A stretch of 64,000 nucleotides of DNA, from positions 2,922-66,921 of the forward strand of contig JAFVBO010000124.1 of the NCBI GenBank assembly GCA_017479935.1, in the 5' to 3' direction. Positions within the stretch are counted from its first letter, which is position 1; the number at the start of each line of letters is the position of its first letter. The DNA comes from Lachnospiraceae bacterium. Lineage in GTDB: Bacteria > Bacillota > Clostridia > Lachnospirales > Lachnospiraceae. The position numbers were made by a program, and so were the translations under genes. The notes below the pieces were generated by a model. That model did no database searches and was not told the DNA's origin. It worked only from the letters and a program-made list of their open reading frames with translations. Positions 60,617 to 64,000 of this stretch are shown in pieces.

Positions 60617-61009
60617 CTACTTCTCAAGACGGCAGAAGTTGGCTGCAATCAAAAGCAGGATCGATATGACAGCCGCTGCCGCGAAAAGGATAAAGGACGC
60701 CATAGTTCCCGCGTATCCCAACACTCCGGTGAAAAGATACCCCAGATAATCCGCGCTGAAGGAGAGGTAATAGCCAACAGCCGCTCCGGATGCGACGGCC
60801 GAAATCAGGATCGGGAGCCCTCCTAACGGGGCAAAGAGCGTAACCAGCTCCCCCGCAAGGGCAACACCTAACAGGATCACGACAATGGTATTGACGTTAC
60901 GGATGGCATTTCCGTTTACTGTATAAGCGATGATCGCTATCACAGTCAGAACCGCGGCAAGAAGTACCAGAACGCCGCCGGGTCCTCGTTTACTAAGCAG
61001 GTTCTTCAT
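60617..61009 (-). CDS. small 4-TM membrane protein (GH3-associated family)
   Basis: GGAGG RBS plus ATG at 61009 (Met41 of ORF 60617..61129), 5 nt after the GH3-3 stop. It is a paralog of 46389..46775. Confidence 0.65.
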   Translation of the reverse strand: MKNLLSKRGPGGVLVLLAAVLTVIAIIAYTVNGNAIRNVNTIVVILLGVALAGELVTLFAPLGGLPILISAVASGAAVGYYLSFSADYLGYLFTGVLGYAGTMASFILFAAAAVISILLLIAANFCRLEK

Positions 61010-61014
61010 ATCAC

Positions 61015-64000
61015 TTAAGCCTCCTTCTGGGATTTGTCTTTCGACAGACTTCTCACGTACAGAACGAACATCAACAGGGCAAGAGCTCCCAAAGCCGCAT
61101 CCAGGGCAAACAAGGCTGTCTTCCACCAAGGTTCGATGGTAACCACCCTCGTGTCCGCGCTGACACCGTTCATCGCCGCGCCGTTGATGAACTCATACAA
61201 CGTCTTCTTGGAAGCGACACGGCAAGCGTAGGCAAGCAGCGGATCCTTCGAAATGATCTCCGCGCTGACGGTTCCATAAAGGATCGCATCACTCTGGGCA
61301 TACTCTGTGCCCGCAAGCGGTCCGGTCAGTTCGCTGGTATATGGACCGCAGAAACCATCCGCTACGTTCGAATCCATGAATGCCGTACCTGCGAGGCAAC
61401 TCTCCGGTCCTTCCATGAAACCGGAAGCCTTGTCGGTCGATCCGCCCAGCGTATCGGTAATCGAGAAGGCATGGCTGCCCCACTCTTCTACCAACATGCC
61501 GGTCATCAGATCATATTCCGAGGAGCCGTAGGTTGTGCCGATTCGTGCAAAGGTTGTCATGGTTCCCTTGGCCTCGCCGATGGCAAACGCTCCTTCAAAT
61601 GCCCGAAGGTCATTTTCCCGGGCCTGCTGCTCATTCATGAATGTAGCCAACCCCTGTCGATTGGTCTCCTGATCATTAAACGCAAAGTGCTTCGGGCAGA
61701 GTGCGAATCCCTTGGAAGCCGCACCCGAGGTAAGGGAAGCTCCCATGTAATAATCGTGGACCGCATCCTCAGAGAGGTACTCGGTATTCCGGCCGGCGTA
61801 AGGCGTCCTCTTGTAATCCAGGCCGCAGCCCCAGGCAGCGTGACAGCCATTGTAGAAACCGTCGTTGCCGATCATCTTTCCCTGCTCCCAGGCAAGATCC
61901 TTGTTAAACGTGCAGGCCAGAAGCGTCTGCGTTCCAAACATACGGGAATTGTACTTCTGGATGGTCTCATCTTCCGCCTTCGCATAGGTCGCGTTATTTC
62001 CGGAAGGGCCGTCCAGCTGGTAAGATCCCGGATACGCGACGTTCACGCATGTGTAGGAGTGATGCTTGCCATCGCCAAAGAAATACGCCAGATCCTTATA
62101 GGTCAGCTGATCCAGGAAGTCCTCCCACAGAGGGTCGTCCCAGCTGACGCCGATCATCGTGGCAGCCGCGATGGCTGGCTTCTCGCCTTCCGCCAGGTCC
62201 TTTTCCGCCACACCAAACGCCGGCACCTTGCCGTTATCACCATAGAACGCCAGGAACTGAGCGATGGAATCGGTCGTTCCGTTCTCATATCGGAACTTGG
62301 AAAGTCCCGCGATGACAGCCGCATTGGCCGTCAGGCCTGAGTATGCCTTTGGCCAGGTGCCCTCCCAGTCGTTTCTGGAGAGGTACGTGACCGTGCCAGG
62401 CATGTAATAGTTCAGATCCGCATCATCAAACCGATTGGTGATCTCCGCACCGGTATACTCCGAGGTTGTGTATGTAACGAAGTCGGCATCCGCTTCCGTC
62501 CACGCAAAGACCTTCGAAGCATCTCCGTCATAGTCCATGCCGCCTGCGGCCGTATACCCCTTCTTCGCCAGAACATTGTTTAAGGCGTCATGGGCGCCGT
62601 TTCCAAGAGCGAAGTAATAATCGCCCGCGTCCATGAAGTAGCTTTTCGCGTTCGTATAGTCATAGCTGGCATACAAATGGCTGTCGTATTCGATCTCCAG
62701 CGTCTCCGACTCCCCGGGAGCCAGCTCTTTCGTTTTCTCAAAGGCAACCAGCGAGATGGCAGATTTCTCCACCTTGTTGTCAATGTCGTACTGTGTGTAA
62801 GGTGTCTGCACATAGAGCTGAACCACATGCTTGCCAGCCTTGTCCCCGGTATTGGTTACCTTAACCGTTGCCCGTTCGTGTTCCCGATCGACATCGATGA
62901 GTTCTTCTTTAAAGGTCGTATAGCTTAAGCCATAGCCGAAGCTGTACTCCACTTCATCCGCGTAATTCCAGGCAGTTCCACTCGTCGCTCCGTTCTTGCC
63001 CGTTGCGTTGCCACGGCCCAGAATCGTGTCCTCATAGCGGGTCTCATAATACCGATAGCCCGTGTAAATGCCTTCCGCATACACCACATAATACCCGGAC
63101 TGTGCGGCAACAACCTTGGTCTTGTCCACGATTTCATCCTGGTTAGTCCAGGCAAAGTTGCCTGCATTGATCACGGCCGGCGCAGACGCCGGATTGGCCG
63201 CGAACACTTCCTCCAGATGTCCGGAGGGTGAAATCTTTCCGGTCAGGACATCCGCCAGGCCCTGAATACCGGTATAGCCTGCGCCGGGCATGGTGATGAT
63301 GGCATCCGCATACTCCTTTAACGCACTCGTATTGCCCAGCACATAGTCGCTGTTCAGTACCACAATCACCTTCTTAAAGCCGGCTTCCTTCGCCTCCTTC
63401 GCAAGGTCCACCTCATAATCCTGGACCTGCAGATAATTGTGAATCCCATCACCGTCTCCCAAGCCTTCCGGCGTCGTGGGGATATCCGCTCCTTCCCCGG
63501 CTCTTCTTCCCAGAACGACGATGGCTGCATCCTTATAATCCTCATAGGATGCACGTACTTCCTCAGTGTACTCCGAAAGCGGAACTTCGCCAATGATGGC
63601 GGTGGGATTTCTTCTTCCTGCCGCTGCTCTGCGCAGCTCGCTCGCCTTGTAGAACTCCACCATTACGGGATTGACATTTTTCCCATTATTCGTAAGAACT
63701 TCTTCCAGCGTCAGGCAGGCGAAGTTATCCGGTTCACGCGAGGACGGAAGGCCAAAATCACCGCGGTTTAAGGAACCGCCGCCTCCCGATGTGTCGTAGG
63801 CAAAATCTACGCTGCCTCGTCCGAACAGGGAAATGTTCACTTCATTTTCCGTGAGCGGCAAGGCTCCTTCTTTATTGTAAAGAAGGACGCAGCCTTCCGA
63901 ACCTATCTGAGAAATCAAGGCTTTCTTAGCCTCCAGAAGCTCGGCAGCCGTCTGATAGTCACAACTGTAATACTGTGCATTCGTCTCATCCCCCTCCGTA
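61015..64000 (-). CDS. glycoside hydrolase family 3 protein, domain-permuted, C-terminal TM anchor (GH3-3; 5' end outside window)
   Basis: The frame stays open to the window edge (..ETNAQYYSCDYQTAAELLEAKKALISQIGSEG.. aligns with the GH3-2 N-terminal region). Carries 'CPKHFAFNDQETNR', 'WGSHAFSITDT' and the tail 'WWKTALFALDAALGALALLMFVLYV'. Confidence 0.85.
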   Translation of the reverse strand, partial: TEGDETNAQYYSCDYQTAAELLEAKKALISQIGSEGCVLLYNKEGALPLTENEVNISLFGRGSVDFAYDTSGGGGSLNRGDFGLPSSREPDNFACLTLEEVLTNNGKNVNPVMVEFYKASELRRAAAGRRNPTAIIGEVPLSEYTEEVRASYEDYKDAAIVVLGRRAGEGADIPTTPEGLGDGDGIHNYLQVQDYEVDLAKEAKEAGFKKVIVVLNSDYVLGNTSALKEYADAIITMPGAGYTGIQGLADVLTGKISPSGHLEEVFAANPASAPAVINAGNFAWTNQDEIVDKTKVVAAQSGYYVVYAEGIYTGYRYYETRYEDTILGRGNATGKNGATSGTAWNYADEVEYSFGYGLSYTTFKEELIDVDREHERATVKVTNTGDKAGKHVVQLYVQTPYTQYDIDNKVEKSAISLVAFEKTKELAPGESETLEIEYDSHLYASYDYTNAKSYFMDAGDYYFALGNGAHDALNNVLAKKGYTAAGGMDYDGDASKVFAWTEADADFVTYTTSEYTGAEITNRFDDADLNYYMPGTVTYLSRNDWEGTWPKAYSGLTANAAVIAGLSKFRYENGTTDSIAQFLAFYGDNGKVPAFGVAEKDLAEGEKPAIAAATMIGVSWDDPLWEDFLDQLTYKDLAYFFGDGKHHSYTCVNVAYPGSYQLDGPSGNNATYAKAEDETIQKYNSRMFGTQTLLACTFNKDLAWEQGKMIGNDGFYNGCHAAWGCGLDYKRTPYAGRNTEYLSEDAVHDYYMGASLTSGAASKGFALCPKHFAFNDQETNRQGLATFMNEQQARENDLRAFEGAFAIGEAKGTMTTFARIGTTYGSSEYDLMTGMLVEEWGSHAFSITDTLGGSTDKASGFMEGPESCLAGTAFMDSNVADGFCGPYTSELTGPLAGTEYAQSDAILYGTVSAEIISKDPLLAYACRVASKKTLYEFINGAAMNGVSADTRVVTIEPWWKTALFALDAALGALALLMFVLYVRSLSKDKSQKEA

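Overview
This 64 kb chromosomal window looks like a mid-GC Clostridia-type gut Firmicute. That guess rests only on gene families: BspA-type LRR, Rpn/PD-(D/E)XK genes, NifS-NifU-MetY, HppA, a LytTR two-component system and membrane-anchored GH3 enzymes. Most long genes are on the minus strand.

Gene content in order:
- 0.2-1.9 kb: an AAA-ATPase/PD-(D/E)XK gene.
- 2.0-4.8 kb: a compact 15-member tRNA array in two blocks, each preceded by a small XRE-type HTH gene.
- 4.9-19.3 kb: an accessory stretch. It holds an LRR protein, a lipoprotein-type prephenate dehydratase, an extracytosolic FMN-binding/ferric-reductase-like pair, NPCBM-like genes split by a G6 frameshift, and a Tat-exported FAD oxidoreductase.
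- 20.8-24.3 kb: an Rrf2-NifS-NifU-MetY block.
- 25.7-29.6 kb: a 1305-aa surface protein.
- 33.5-35.6 kb: an ECF sigma / anti-sigma-like pair.
- 36.9-41.6 kb: HppA and a P-type ATPase operon.
- 41.9-44.9 kb: a 1015-aa STAND-type NTPase.
- 46.4-54.1 kb and 60.6 kb to the window end: two paralogous loci of domain-permuted, doubly membrane-anchored GH3 enzymes with small 4-TM partners. A LytTR two-component system lies at 54.3-56.4 kb.
- 56.5-59.4 kb: a patch of mobile-element and pseudogene debris.

Most notable non-genic signals:
- A family of about 25-nt palindromic units (core GTGACACAGGCCCGTCCCCTGTCAC) occurs at nine or more intergenic sites between 20.6 and 41.8 kb, always abutting stop codons.
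- A roughly 255-nt element with nested long-range helices lies at 32.78-33.04 kb.
- The tRNA array has many non-canonical members.
- Gene remnants are unusually dense: ZIP, TetR, LysR, Rpn, a DUF1801 gene with an in-frame TAA, and the NPCBM frameshift.

No rRNA, CRISPR array, integrase or intact prophage is visible. All family names come from motif recognition by eye; no database search was run.
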